Notes under the pieces: generated by a model
The model's database searches: none
Told to the model about the DNA's origin: nothing
Seen by the model: the letters and a program-made list of their open reading frames with translations, nothing else
Translations under genes and position numbers: made by a program
Virus record (IMG/VR): IMGVR_UViG_3300042280_000089
Location: 3,188-67,187 of that record
Length of the DNA stretch: 64,000 bases
Direction: 5' to 3' (one strand)
From: a virus
Taxonomy: Duplodnaviria > Caudoviricetes
Shown: positions 1-9,021 of the stretch, one piece after another
Numbering within the stretch: the first letter of the stretch is position 1
Layout: each line of letters opens with the position of its first letter

Positions 1-48
1 TTCTTCTTCGATTGCAACATCAGTTTTCAGAGTAGAGAGCACATTCAT
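1..48 (-). CDS. N-terminus of N4 gp45-like single-stranded DNA-binding protein (runs off the window edge)
   Basis: Manual translation MNVLSTLKTDVAIEEE after SD AGGTG; resembles N4-like SSB N-termini and lies just after the gp44-like gene, as in N4. Confidence 0.55.
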   Translation of the reverse strand, partial: MNVLSTLKTDVAIEEE

Positions 49-54
49 AGGGAG

Positions 55-276
55 TCACCTTTGCGCAAAGTGATTGATTGGAAAACGAATGGGTTGTGGA
101 TTAACTGAGGTTACATGCACCCATTTACAGAACTTTTCTGTCAGAAAATCCACATCCAGTAATACTCGGTCGTTGTCTTTATCAACGGCTCGAATAAAGC
201 CGGGAGGATATGACATGTACCGATAATTTACGAGTTGGTCGGGTTTAATGTTAGGCCATTTAACGCGCCGTGCCAT
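55..276 (-). CDS. hypothetical protein
   Basis: 73-aa ORF filling the gap between the AAA ATPase and SSB in the same operon. Confidence 0.5.
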   Translation of the reverse strand: MARRVKWPNIKPDQLVNYRYMSYPPGFIRAVDKDNDRVLLDVDFLTEKFCKWVHVTSVNPQPIRFPINHFAQR

Positions 277-298
277 ATTACTAATCCCTTAATGATTG

Positions 299-1985
299 TC
301 AGGCGTAGTACTCGCGGAGTCGTGTCATGACTTTATGGACATCGTTGTCGATGAACGTCTCTTCCGGTGTCCACAGTCCCATCGGGCCACGGATACGTTC
401 ATTTACAGTGTCACGGGTCAGCTGAGTCTGGAAAACATACTTGTACCCCAAGGCTTCTTCCTGTGGGGTAATGACTAGCAGGTCATTTTTGTACTGTTCC
501 AGATCCTTCAGCTTCATTTTCTTGGCAGCCAGTACGCAGCTGAAATAGGATTCGATACCGTTGTTCTTCAGAGAACCTTTTACCGGTACCTTGGTTTCCA
601 TCACCATTTCAGATTCGTTCAGAATGTCCATTGTGTGAGCGGTAAACACGACATTCTTGCTGGATCCAGCAACATGCTGTTGCATGATCCGTTTGAAGTA
701 CTGGGCAAAGTCAGACCATGCCTTCATAGTGTTTGAAGATGTCAGGACATACACCGATTCGTACATGTCCATCAGATAGGTCAGCGAGTCGATGACGATG
801 GTATGTACGTGCGGCTGCGTCTCGGCCCAGATAAAGGCTTCTTCGATCTGCAGTGGGTCAGTAACTGTTTTCTCGATGAACTTGGAACGGAAGGGCAATT
901 TCTTCGTTGATGTTCAGGAAGGGGCGTTAATCCTTCCCCGCAGCTTTACCTGCAGCTTACGGTTTCCCGTAAGACCAGACTATATCTTCACCCTGGTATC
1001 AGGGTGTCCACCACTTCGAGCCACTTGGCCCTACTCCCTTACGGGATAGTCGTTGAGGCTTACTCAATGTCCTTGTAGGACTCACCCTTAACAATCTTAC
1101 ACATTGCAGCCACACTCGTTCCAAATCGTTTTGCAAGTGCAGTAGCACTGAACTCTTTAGAACGAGGCACATGTACCCGTCTTACATATCGCACTTCATC
1201 AGGTGTCAGCTTGGACTTGTCCTTTAAATTACTGAGCGCCTTCTGTCTTGTTGCGTTACTTCGGTACTTTATTTTGTGGCCTCTGGCTTGCTTATGCAGA
1301 CCAGTATTTCGAGCATGTTGATTATTCTCCGCAGCAGTACACCACTCCAGATTATCAACGTGATTGTTTAGCTTATTCCCGTCTTTGTGATTTACAAAGG
1401 GTTTGCCTTCTGGGTTGGGTATAAAGGCTTGTGCTACAAGCCTATGCAGCATGTGTGTCTTCTTCCTAATCACCACGGATAAATAACCGCGGTTGTTTAG
1501 GGTGTAAGTCATCTCACGCTCTGGCTCCAGGGTGAGTTTAAACTCACCTGTGAACTCCATACCTTTCCCAACTAACGGGATTTTTCGCTTAGTTTGGGTG
1601 AATACTTTTCCTTCTCGTGTGATCCGATAAATACCGGAATCAGTGTCTTCAATATAGTCTGTCATACTTACCTCAGTGTATTAACTCTGAGTCAATATAA
1701 CATTCCTTTTGTAAAGACAGAAGGTGTTTAGTATTCGATTGAGTCTTGCCTGCTGATTACCCAATCCTGCAGCTTGTTCATCACCTTTCGGCTATATGCA
1801 GGCTCTAAGGGCTTCCCAGCATTTCAATGGATTATCCATCTACCATTACTGGTAGTGGGGGCTAATTGTTAACCCGCCTCGCAATTGAGGTAAAGTACCC
1901 CTTCAGGATTTTCCAGTTTCATCAGTGAAGCTGATTTACCGGCAGCAGACTTACCGCCGATCAGTACAAGATGATCGTTTTGCAT
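299..1985 (-). CDS. N4 gp44-like AAA/P-loop ATPase, intron-split: exon1 1985-1872, exon2 904-299 (239 aa spliced)
   Basis: Exon1 MQNDHLVLIGGKSAAGKSAS...LNCEAG (Walker A) joins in frame to KKLPFRSKF...IVIDSLTYLMD (Walker B); follows the primase as in N4. Confidence 0.88.
905..1871 (-). mobile_element. group I intron (967 nt) in the gp44-like ATPase gene
   Basis: Exon ends in U and pairs with IGS GCCC; P GAAATGCTGGGAAG, Q AATCAGCAGG, R CTCAACGACTA, S AAGATATAGTCT; terminal G at 905; removal restores the frame. Confidence 0.92.
1060..1665 (-). CDS. intron-encoded HNH homing endonuclease (I-HmuI/HNH_3-like)
   Basis: HRLVAQAFIPNP...VNHKDGNKLNNHVDNLEWCT motif; located between intron elements Q and R. 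Confidence 0.92.
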   Translation of the reverse strand: MTDYIEDTDSGIYRITREGKVFTQTKRKIPLVGKGMEFTGEFKLTLEPEREMTYTLNNRGYLSVVIRKKTHMLHRLVAQAFIPNPEGKPFVNHKDGNKLNNHVDNLEWCTAAENNQHARNTGLHKQARGHKIKYRSNATRQKALSNLKDKSKLTPDEVRYVRRVHVPRSKEFSATALAKRFGTSVAAMCKIVKGESYKDIE

Positions 1986-2058
1986 GATTCCACCTTAATG
2001 ATTTACGCGCAGCACCCCACGGATGTGGGGATATGCCTGTCAGCATTTGATAAGCAGG

Positions 2059-2088
2059 AAAAAGAAAACGGGGACTGGCGTCCCCGTT
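2059..2088 (-). terminator. intrinsic terminator after the primase
   Basis: AACGGGGAC/GTCCCCGTT stem followed by a U-rich tract on the minus strand. Confidence 0.75.
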
Positions 2089-2097
2089 GAGTGTGGA

Positions 2098-4275
2098 TCA
2101 GGCTGCTTGCGCATCCCGTTTGGCGATAGCTTTGCCCGCCGTGACCATGATGGTATTCATGATCTCATTTTCATCGAGCTTGTCTGCCAGCTTGTTGTTG
2201 AGATCCAGGACAGCGTTATGTACTTCGTCCCAGGACTTCCCGGAATCGACCAGTAAGAGGGCGTATTTGATCAGCTGGTTTGACCGATTACCGATACCGG
2301 TATGGTTGATAAACCAGCGCTCAAGATTGGTCAGCGATTGCTGGTCCAGCAGACGCTGTTTACGCTCCTCGTTCTTGCGGGTCTTCGGGATAAACTGCAG
2401 GGCATCCAACAACTCACCGTCGTTATACTCATAGTGTCCATTATGAGATAACCACTTGCGACACCGTTGGCCCGTAGAGTCGTCTACACTGAAGGGCAAC
2501 CATTCGAAGATGTTCTGCATGAACTCTTTGTATTCAGCTGAGTCCATCTTCAGGTTGTAGTTCAGTGGCAGCAGGATACGGAACCTATTCTCCTGTTCAG
2601 TGTGTCGTTTGGTTGTGTAATAGAGTGCCTTGTAGTCCTTTAGCAACAGCTTGGCCGTATCAAGGGATACGCCGCCGTCCACATCGATGACCACCATGTT
2701 GAAGCCCGGAATGGTCTTCTCCTCACAGCGGTGGCCATCGACAAAGTGATGTGAAGACCAGTGGAACCCGTCCGCTTGGGTCAGCACGTGCAGCTGATCA
2801 AACGGAACTTCTTCACATCGGTAGTTGAATGCGACGTGTTGGCCATAGGCGACGCGCATTTTACTCAGATCCGTTTCTTTAAGCGATTCCCCGGATAGGA
2901 ACTCGATCCCATCCATGTAGGATTTACGGATGATGATGTTGTTCTTGTAGCCGTAGGCAATCGCCAGATTCAACAGATCCTGTTTCTGGCTTTGAGAACC
3001 CTTATAGAAGGGCAGAACTTCTACCAGATCAGCCTGAGTGACTTCTGTACCAATGGCGGCCAGATATTTTGCCAATTTGACATAGTTACGATCCCGGTTG
3101 AGTAGTTGTTCAAAGGCTTTACCGGATTCCTCGGCCAGCTTGATGGCACTGAGTAGGTGCGCTTCAGTCACTTCATGCTCATCTTCAATGAAGGCATAGG
3201 TGCCCGCCAGCTTGAGCGATTTCCAGTACCGGTGTGACATCTCAGCACGGCGGATCTCTTCATGCTCTCCCATCTGGTTTGCACGCCGTTCGCAGTACAG
3301 CTTGTACTCCAGCATGGCGACCATGACTTCTTTGGTCATGGACAGCTCACGCCCGAAGTTGATCGGATCCGCCAGTATCGCCAATTGATCAGAAATCTGA
3401 TCCAGCTGGTGATCGGCTTGTTGATCGACCAGCAGGCGATACAGCTCTTCACCGGACATGTCGTAGCGTCGGGTGGCATGAGGGACATAGCCGAAAAAGC
3501 AGCGCCGTGCATACCCGTTCTCTAGCATGGTGTAGAACTCTTCTTCCACCTTGCCGCCGTTGAACAGTTTGGACGGGGTACCGAACATCAGCAGGTTAGT
3601 CGGAGTACGCCCATCGATCTCTTCTGCACGGGCAGAATCGGAAGTGTTCTTCACCAGCTTTTGACCGATCTTGCCATCATCGAACAGCTCCAGATAGGCG
3701 GTCAGTACATCGATGCTACTGGACAGATTCAGGCCGATCTCATCGATCTCTAGATTCACTGACCCGGCATCTGCCATCAGCAGCTTGTGTCGCATCTGCT
3801 TGATCGCTGGAACAGTGGCTTCAGAAAAACTGAATGCCAGCGGCCCCAGACCATCGAACTCCCGCCAGGTTTTTTCCAACTCTTTGTCGGGATCACTGTT
3901 CTTGCGTGCAGCGCGCTTAACAGACAGTTGTGGTACCGCCTGATCCGCAATCAACGGGAAGGTTTCTTCAAGGTACCGCTGCCTGAACTGATTGATAACG
4001 CGGTCTTCCAGAATGCCCTTACCGTGACCCTTACCGAAGCCAGAAGTTGCCAGGTTGACGGCAAACAAGTTGACTGGCACCGGATCCCGACGATCATGCG
4101 TACGGATCTTGCAACGCATCATAGAGGCCACTTTCGTCAGGTAGTAGGCCACCAGAATGCGGTAAAACAGCGGAGCCGTGTTCTGGGTTTTCTGACAGAT
4201 GATCTGTACCAGAGACTCCGCTACCGGGTTATGTGGGACAGTGCTCAGATCGAGCGTGTCAAATTGATTAGCCAT
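2098..4275 (-). CDS. N4 gp43-like DNA primase (with P-loop domain)
   Basis: About 725 aa; LATSGFGKG P-loop and C-terminal primase-like VIDVDGG and GNRSNQLIKYA motifs; lies between gp42-like and gp44-like genes; start moved to ATG 4275 (SD GGGGA). Confidence 0.85.
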   Translation of the reverse strand: MANQFDTLDLSTVPHNPVAESLVQIICQKTQNTAPLFYRILVAYYLTKVASMMRCKIRTHDRRDPVPVNLFAVNLATSGFGKGHGKGILEDRVINQFRQRYLEETFPLIADQAVPQLSVKRAARKNSDPDKELEKTWREFDGLGPLAFSFSEATVPAIKQMRHKLLMADAGSVNLEIDEIGLNLSSSIDVLTAYLELFDDGKIGQKLVKNTSDSARAEEIDGRTPTNLLMFGTPSKLFNGGKVEEEFYTMLENGYARRCFFGYVPHATRRYDMSGEELYRLLVDQQADHQLDQISDQLAILADPINFGRELSMTKEVMVAMLEYKLYCERRANQMGEHEEIRRAEMSHRYWKSLKLAGTYAFIEDEHEVTEAHLLSAIKLAEESGKAFEQLLNRDRNYVKLAKYLAAIGTEVTQADLVEVLPFYKGSQSQKQDLLNLAIAYGYKNNIIIRKSYMDGIEFLSGESLKETDLSKMRVAYGQHVAFNYRCEEVPFDQLHVLTQADGFHWSSHHFVDGHRCEEKTIPGFNMVVIDVDGGVSLDTAKLLLKDYKALYYTTKRHTEQENRFRILLPLNYNLKMDSAEYKEFMQNIFEWLPFSVDDSTGQRCRKWLSHNGHYEYNDGELLDALQFIPKTRKNEERKQRLLDQQSLTNLERWFINHTGIGNRSNQLIKYALLLVDSGKSWDEVHNAVLDLNNKLADKLDENEIMNTIMVTAGKAIAKRDAQAA

Positions 4276-4636
4276 GACAATCCCCGTATTCAAGAGTGAG
4301 CTGTGTTGCATCTGGGATGCGGTCATCAACACACTGTTCCCGTGTCAGTTCACCTGACCACACGCGCTGATACCAGCGAACCGATTTGTTCAGACCGATC
4401 TGCTGATTCAGACGATCAACCAGCTGAGGGACTGTCTCACGCTCATCACGCGGCAACAGGGCATTCTTCTCGGCCCAATCAGTCCGTGCCTGCAGAATGT
4501 AGGCGTATTGTGTGCGACTTACGCGACGACGATCCCGTGGTTTCTGCTTAGTAGGTTGCGTAACTGACGTTTCAACAACGTCAGCCTGCATCAAAAAGCG
4601 TCGGAAAAAAGCGAAAATACGAGTGAGTAATGACAT
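4268..4636 (-). CDS. hypothetical protein
   Basis: ORF overlapping both neighbours; start moved to ATG 4636. Confidence 0.6.
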   Translation of the reverse strand: MSLLTRIFAFFRRFLMQADVVETSVTQPTKQKPRDRRRVSRTQYAYILQARTDWAEKNALLPRDERETVPQLVDRLNQQIGLNKSVRWYQRVWSGELTREQCVDDRIPDATQLTLEYGDCHG

Positions 4637-4646
4637 GACTATCTCC

Positions 4647-5633
4647 TTAAATGACCAATGACCCATCTTTGATCAACTGCTTGGCTTGTGAGCAGATAGG
4701 CTGTACAGGACAGTATCTGCAGGCAGTGACTTCCCCAGGAACCGGGACAATTAATCCAGTGCCGCCATCCTGAGTCAGTCGAAGCTGGGCTTCTGCCAGC
4801 GTGTCAAAGTTCTTGGTAGCACGCGCTGTCTTTTTAGGATTGCGGTAATACTTGTACACCGGCGGCTTACGCCACAGCTCTTCATCAGTACAATACGGCA
4901 ACTCCGCCTCCGGCGTGTCGGCGTACTGTTTGATCTGAGCCAGTTTGCGGCGAACCCACAGTTCAGTTTCGGCGTAGCTCATCAGGGAATACCGCTTGAA
5001 CATGACGCGCTTAGACGGATATCCCTTGCTGGCTTCGCTCAATGCACGAACTTTGCTCCAATCGGTAAAGATGAATTGAATCTTCATCTCGTCCTTAGTA
5101 ATCAGCTGAGGGTCAAGCCAACGGTAGATACTGCCCTGCAGGCGGTACTTTTCATCATTACTGCCTGACATGTAGCTGAAGACACTGGTTGACTTAAAGT
5201 CTTCCAGTCCACCATCAGCAACAAAATCAAACTTGCCTGAAATACGGAAACCATCAATTTCCTTAGACAGACGCTGTTCCATGTAGACCGGAATATCACC
5301 AGGTTCCAGCTCACTGGGTAGCGGGTTGACCTTTACCCGTTGAATAACGTGCTCAGGATAGCCCAGTTGTCGCAGCGCATTTTCTTTGTTGCTCTTCCAT
5401 GCTTTTTCGATTGAGTCATGGATAGCAGTACCCATGCGGGAATTGACCAACGATTCCAGTTCGACTGGATTATCTTCAGGCGACAGGCGACGGGACAGAA
5501 TAATCTGCCGAAGCGGTCGCAGTAGTGTTGTTGCAGACAGGTGATTGGGATCGGGATCATAATCGTAATGATCTGTAGCCAACCAAACTGCAATGGATAG
5601 CGGGATATCCGAGTGGTTGATATAAGCAGGCAT
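4647..5633 (-). CDS. N4 gp42-like PD-(D/E)XK nuclease
   Basis: SGKFDFV..LEDFKSTS motif, N-terminal SATTLLRP and C-terminal CRYCPVQPIC; position before the primase; SD AAAGGTGG. Confidence 0.85.
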   Translation of the reverse strand: MPAYINHSDIPLSIAVWLATDHYDYDPDPNHLSATTLLRPLRQIILSRRLSPEDNPVELESLVNSRMGTAIHDSIEKAWKSNKENALRQLGYPEHVIQRVKVNPLPSELEPGDIPVYMEQRLSKEIDGFRISGKFDFVADGGLEDFKSTSVFSYMSGSNDEKYRLQGSIYRWLDPQLITKDEMKIQFIFTDWSKVRALSEASKGYPSKRVMFKRYSLMSYAETELWVRRKLAQIKQYADTPEAELPYCTDEELWRKPPVYKYYRNPKKTARATKNFDTLAEAQLRLTQDGGTGLIVPVPGEVTACRYCPVQPICSQAKQLIKDGSLVI

Positions 5634-5703
5634 GATTCCACCTTTTTGTAGCGAGTGTCGAAGTGCCACTGATGGGTAGCACGACGACGCCCGGATGGGC
5701 GTA

Positions 5704-6048
5704 TCATGCTTCCAGTGGGATATCTTCTGTTAAGGAAATAAACGGGGCACGTTCAGTAATGAAATACCCTGCGGCATTTACCCAAAACGCACCTTGAGCG
5801 ATATACCGTTCATTGGTTTCCGGGTTTTCGATCAGCGTCCATTGACGATCCGGTGTTACTGGATACTGCTGACAGTAGGTCTGCAAATCTACCAAATAAA
5901 AAAGAGTACTGCCGTATCCATAATCAAATCCAGTATGGAAAGAAAAAGGATTAGGAATAGGGTTGTACTGTTCGGCCCAAAACTGGAGCGTCGGAGAGTT
6001 TTCGATATCATGATTCATGGGAGCCTCCGTAAAAGATTCGATTTTCAA
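5704..6048 (-). CDS. hypothetical protein
   Basis: 114-aa ORF in the minus-strand operon. Confidence 0.6.
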   Translation of the reverse strand: MKIESFTEAPMNHDIENSPTLQFWAEQYNPIPNPFSFHTGFDYGYGSTLFYLVDLQTYCQQYPVTPDRQWTLIENPETNERYIAQGAFWVNAAGYFITERAPFISLTEDIPLEA

Positions 6049-6226
6049 TCTGGGCGTAATTACCCATCGTGGAAAACACTGTCAAGACATACATCAAGAA
6101 GGTGTACCAAAGATTCTGGGTAACTGTGTAAAACCAGATCAACTGAGTTAGCCAAGTAAGGCGACCCAGAAAAGAAAAAACCCGGTAAAAACCAGGTTTC
6201 ATTTTGCGAACAGGTCGATCAGACAT
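6008..6226 (-). CDS. small putative membrane protein
   Basis: 72 aa from ATG 6226 with hydrophobic, aromatic-rich stretches; overlaps neighbours. Confidence 0.45.
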   Translation of the reverse strand: MSDRPVRKMKPGFYRVFSFLGRLTWLTQLIWFYTVTQNLWYTFLMYVLTVFSTMGNYAQIENRIFYGGSHES

Positions 6227-6494
6227 GGTGTAGATAATTCCAAGGTTTAATACGCTCGAACCGGTCATGCGCTGCTGAGAACAGTGCTGCACCTTTACGG
6301 CCATTGAGGCGTTCATAGCTTTTTTGAGCGGTGCGATATGACTCGACATCCGGATTGAATGAGAAGCGGTGTTCGCGCACTTGCTTCTGTACCATTACCA
6401 GTAGCGTTTCAGGTTTATTGGCTCGACGAAAGATATGGGCGAAATGCGCATACCAGTCTATTGTTTGGCCGGTTTCTTGCTGATGGACTCCCAT
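6219..6494 (-). CDS. hypothetical protein
   Basis: 91-aa ORF preceded by SD GGAGG. Confidence 0.55.
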   Translation of the reverse strand: MGVHQQETGQTIDWYAHFAHIFRRANKPETLLVMVQKQVREHRFSFNPDVESYRTAQKSYERLNGRKGAALFSAAHDRFERIKPWNYLHHV

Positions 6495-6889
6495 CGCTGC
6501 TTTACCTCCTTGTACGTTTTGGAATAGAACAGGGCATCGGGATTGATCAGATAATGCTCTTTACGTAAGCGTTTGACCAATCCTTTTTTAGACAACGACT
6601 GGTACGCCTGACTAAGGCGATTGAGTTCTGTTTTGGTGAGTGATTTACTGGGAATGACGACTTCATTCGTACGGTAGTCCAGGTTGTCTCGAAGCAGGCG
6701 GAAAAACCACTTTTCAGCTGCGTTCATGTCCAGTAACACATCAATCAGGTCATATCCGTGTGACTCATCCATTCGCGCACTCCCTATAGTAATGAAAGGC
6801 GGCAGTTCGAGATGAGCCTTTCTGGATACCCTTCCAATAACTAACTCTTCGTCCGCCTCGACAACCAGTCGAACATCACGCGATGTCAT
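6458..6889 (-). CDS. RepL-like replication/maintenance protein (winged HTH)
   Basis: C-terminal LSRAYQSLSKKGLVKRLRKEHYLINPDALF resembles the RepL-family HTH and YxINP motif. Confidence 0.55.
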   Translation of the reverse strand: MTSRDVRLVVEADEELVIGRVSRKAHLELPPFITIGSARMDESHGYDLIDVLLDMNAAEKWFFRLLRDNLDYRTNEVVIPSKSLTKTELNRLSQAYQSLSKKGLVKRLRKEHYLINPDALFYSKTYKEVKQRWESISKKPAKQ

Positions 6890-7069
6890 ATCTACTCCAA
6901 CAGATAGCAAGAGGCGGAAGTATATCAGCGTCATTCCCGTGGTCTACGGGAAGATGTGACAGATTTTCCCGTACTGTTGAATATTTAATGGGCGTAACTA
7001 ATTGAATTTAAAGGGGAAATTTTCCTTAAAAATATTCTTATACAGGGGAGGCAGCGCCCGGATGGGCGC

Positions 7070-7333
7070 CTATGGCTGACAAGGAACCGCTCGATACTCT
7101 TTCTTGGCACTCGGGCCACGTTGACTGACGGCATAGTCATTCAGCTCACGCCAGAAGCGCAAGCGCTCCTCGACTTTCTCTTCAGCTACACCGAATTCAA
7201 GACACAACCAATCTGACCAGACCAGTTCAGTCTCCGCATGACAGCCGTTGTAGTAACGACGCAGAGGATCGGTGTTAACGAGGATCCGTGTGCGGCACTG
7301 GATGGTGTGGGTACGATGCGTCTGTTCTGCCAT
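7070..7333 (-). CDS. hypothetical phage protein
   Basis: 87 aa with SD TAAGGA. Confidence 0.65.
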   Translation of the reverse strand: MAEQTHRTHTIQCRTRILVNTDPLRRYYNGCHAETELVWSDWLCLEFGVAEEKVEERLRFWRELNDYAVSQRGPSAKKEYRAVPCQP

Positions 7334-7354
7334 AGACGTATTCCTTAGAAAGCA

Positions 7355-7429
7355 CCGAGGCGAGACGAAGCCCTGTCGAGCACACCGCGCAGCGGTGCGC
7401 GCAAGACAGTGGCGAAGTCGTAGCCGAGG
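7355..7429 (+). other. 75-nt strand-specific ssDNA hairpin with tandem G.A mismatches and a GCA triloop
   Basis: Pairing CC/GG, GA/GA, GGC/GCC, GAC/GTC, GAA/GAA, GCC/GGC, TGTC/GACA, CACCGC-GCA-GCGGTG. Confidence 0.7.
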
Positions 7430-7459
7430 CTATTAGAAAAAGGATGTGAAAAAAGGGGG

Positions 7460-7495
7460 TTGCATCCTACTGATCGCATCAGTATAGTGCGCGCC
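7460..7495 (+). promoter_or_regulatory. sigma70 promoter with GC-rich discriminator, facing the att core and integrase
   Basis: TTGCAT-17 nt-TATAGT followed by GCGCGCC, with an A-tract upstream. Confidence 0.75.
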
Positions 7496-7513
7496 ATCGA
7501 ACGGCGGGACGCC

Positions 7514-7781
7514 GGGATACATGGAAAAAATTTCTTGTATCCCTACCTGTATCCCTGATCGTTCAAGTGGTGTAAGTGATTGATTTGAATAGTGCTTTCG
7601 AGTCTCTCCTCCCGCACCATTCTCCCTGTGATACCTTCCTATAGCTTCAAAAAAATCTCTTCTGAATCAGCACGTTACACCAGATCGCTTGATATACCTG
7701 CGCATAGCTTAACATGACCTTCATTACCTTTTTTGTATCCCAGTGTGTATCCTAAATTTCGGGGTACAACTTAGGGATACA
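7514..7781 (+). promoter_or_regulatory. attP region with arm-type integrase sites and IHF sites
   Basis: TGTATCCC-like sites at 7536, 7548, 7734, 7746 and inverted at 7514, 7761, 7774; IHF-consensus matches at 7573-7585 (reverse) and 7665-7677; sites on both sides of the core. Confidence 0.85.
7597..7619 (+). repeat. att core: 3' end of a tRNA-Leu (probably TAG type); not a full tRNA
   Basis: TTCGAGTCTCTCCTCCCGCACCA = T-loop, 3' T-stem, acceptor strand and CCA; the 5' half of the tRNA is absent. Confidence 0.85.
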
Positions 7782-7785
7782 CGAC

Positions 7786-9021
7786 ATGAAACGCACTGAC
7801 ATCAAGCGCCGCCCAATGGCGGACAGTGTACTGAAGACATTGGAACCGGAGGCCAAAGAGTACCGGGAGAAGGACAGTCCGGGCCTGTACTTTCGTGTTA
7901 AGCCAGACGGGAGTAAGTCATGGCAGCTGCGCTACAAGAATATGGAAGGAAAGTGGGCTTGGTTGGGTCTGGGTGGCTTTCCAGCTGTATCCGGTAAAGC
8001 GGCACGTAAGCGTGCGACTGAGCTGAATGAACTGGCAGCCGATGGGGTTGATATCAAAGCCCACCTGATGGAACAGGACGAGAAAAACCCTCCTGAAAAG
8101 GAAGGTGTGCTCTTTCGAGATGTAGCGGAACAGTGGTATCAGCGCAAGATTGCATCAGGTCGTTCAGCGAACACACTGGAACAGATGCGACGGTATCTGG
8201 ATGGGGATGTCTACCCAGTTATCGGGGATAAGGAGCTGACTGCGGTTACGCGCTGGGACTGTACCGAGATCCAGCGACGACTGGAGCGGCGTAAAGCGCT
8301 CAACATTGCCAAAAAGGTGCGTTCCTGGATAAGTCAGATATTCTCTCAAGCCATTGCAGAGAACCTGTGCGATCTGAATCCAGCCAGTGAGTTGCGGCAT
8401 ATTGCTGAGAAAGCGCCGGAAACCAAGCACTATCCGTACTTACTCGAAGACGAGTTACCTGCGTTCTTCAAAGCACTTAATGCTTCGCCTTCTCGTCAGA
8501 TTACACTGACACTGGTTCGGTTGGTGATATTGACAGCCTGTCGTCCGGGTATGGCTCGACTGGCCACTTGGGATGAATTTGACCTGAAAAACGCCTTATG
8601 GGTAATTCCAGCCAAACGCATGAAAATGCGACGGGATCATATCATTCCGTTGTCTACGCAAGCGGTGGCGTTATTACGTGATCTGCATGAACTGACTGGT
8701 TTGTCTACGTATGTGTTTCCTGGGAATGGCTCAATTCACCCGACATTGAGCGAAAACACAATCAATCAGGCACTGCGCCGGATTGGCTACAAGGATAAAT
8801 TGACAGGGCATGGCTCTCGCCATACGGCAGCGACGCTGCTTCGTGAACATGGGTGGCCCAGAGACTATGTTGAAACACACCTGGCTCATATCGAAAAAGG
8901 GGTAGCAGGTGTGTACAACAAAGCCCAGTATCTGAAGCAACGCCGCGAAATGATGCAGTGGTATGCGGACTATCTTACTGCATTGGAACAGGGAACTCCG
9001 GTTCCACCGGATCCGGTTTAA
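7786..9021 (+). CDS. int: P4-like tyrosine integrase
   Basis: N-terminal arm-binding domain (DSPGLYFRVKPDGSKSWQLRY); catalytic residues R(P), K, HGSR, H and Y (YNKAQY). Confidence 0.95.
   Translation: MKRTDIKRRPMADSVLKTLEPEAKEYREKDSPGLYFRVKPDGSKSWQLRYKNMEGKWAWLGLGGFPAVSGKAARKRATELNELAADGVDIKAHLMEQDEKNPPEKEGVLFRDVAEQWYQRKIASGRSANTLEQMRRYLDGDVYPVIGDKELTAVTRWDCTEIQRRLERRKALNIAKKVRSWISQIFSQAIAENLCDLNPASELRHIAEKAPETKHYPYLLEDELPAFFKALNASPSRQITLTLVRLVILTACRPGMARLATWDEFDLKNALWVIPAKRMKMRRDHIIPLSTQAVALLRDLHELTGLSTYVFPGNGSIHPTLSENTINQALRRIGYKDKLTGHGSRHTAATLLREHGWPRDYVETHLAHIEKGVAGVYNKAQYLKQRREMMQWYADYLTALEQGTPVPPDPV

Noticed and set aside
4647-5633. Cas4 / CRISPR adaptation gene
   Set aside because: A PD-(D/E)XK nuclease in the conserved N4 gp42 position, with no array or cas1/cas2.
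7561-7619. Complete tRNA gene
   Set aside because: Only the T-loop and acceptor 3' strand are present; no D arm or anticodon arm. Treated as the att core.
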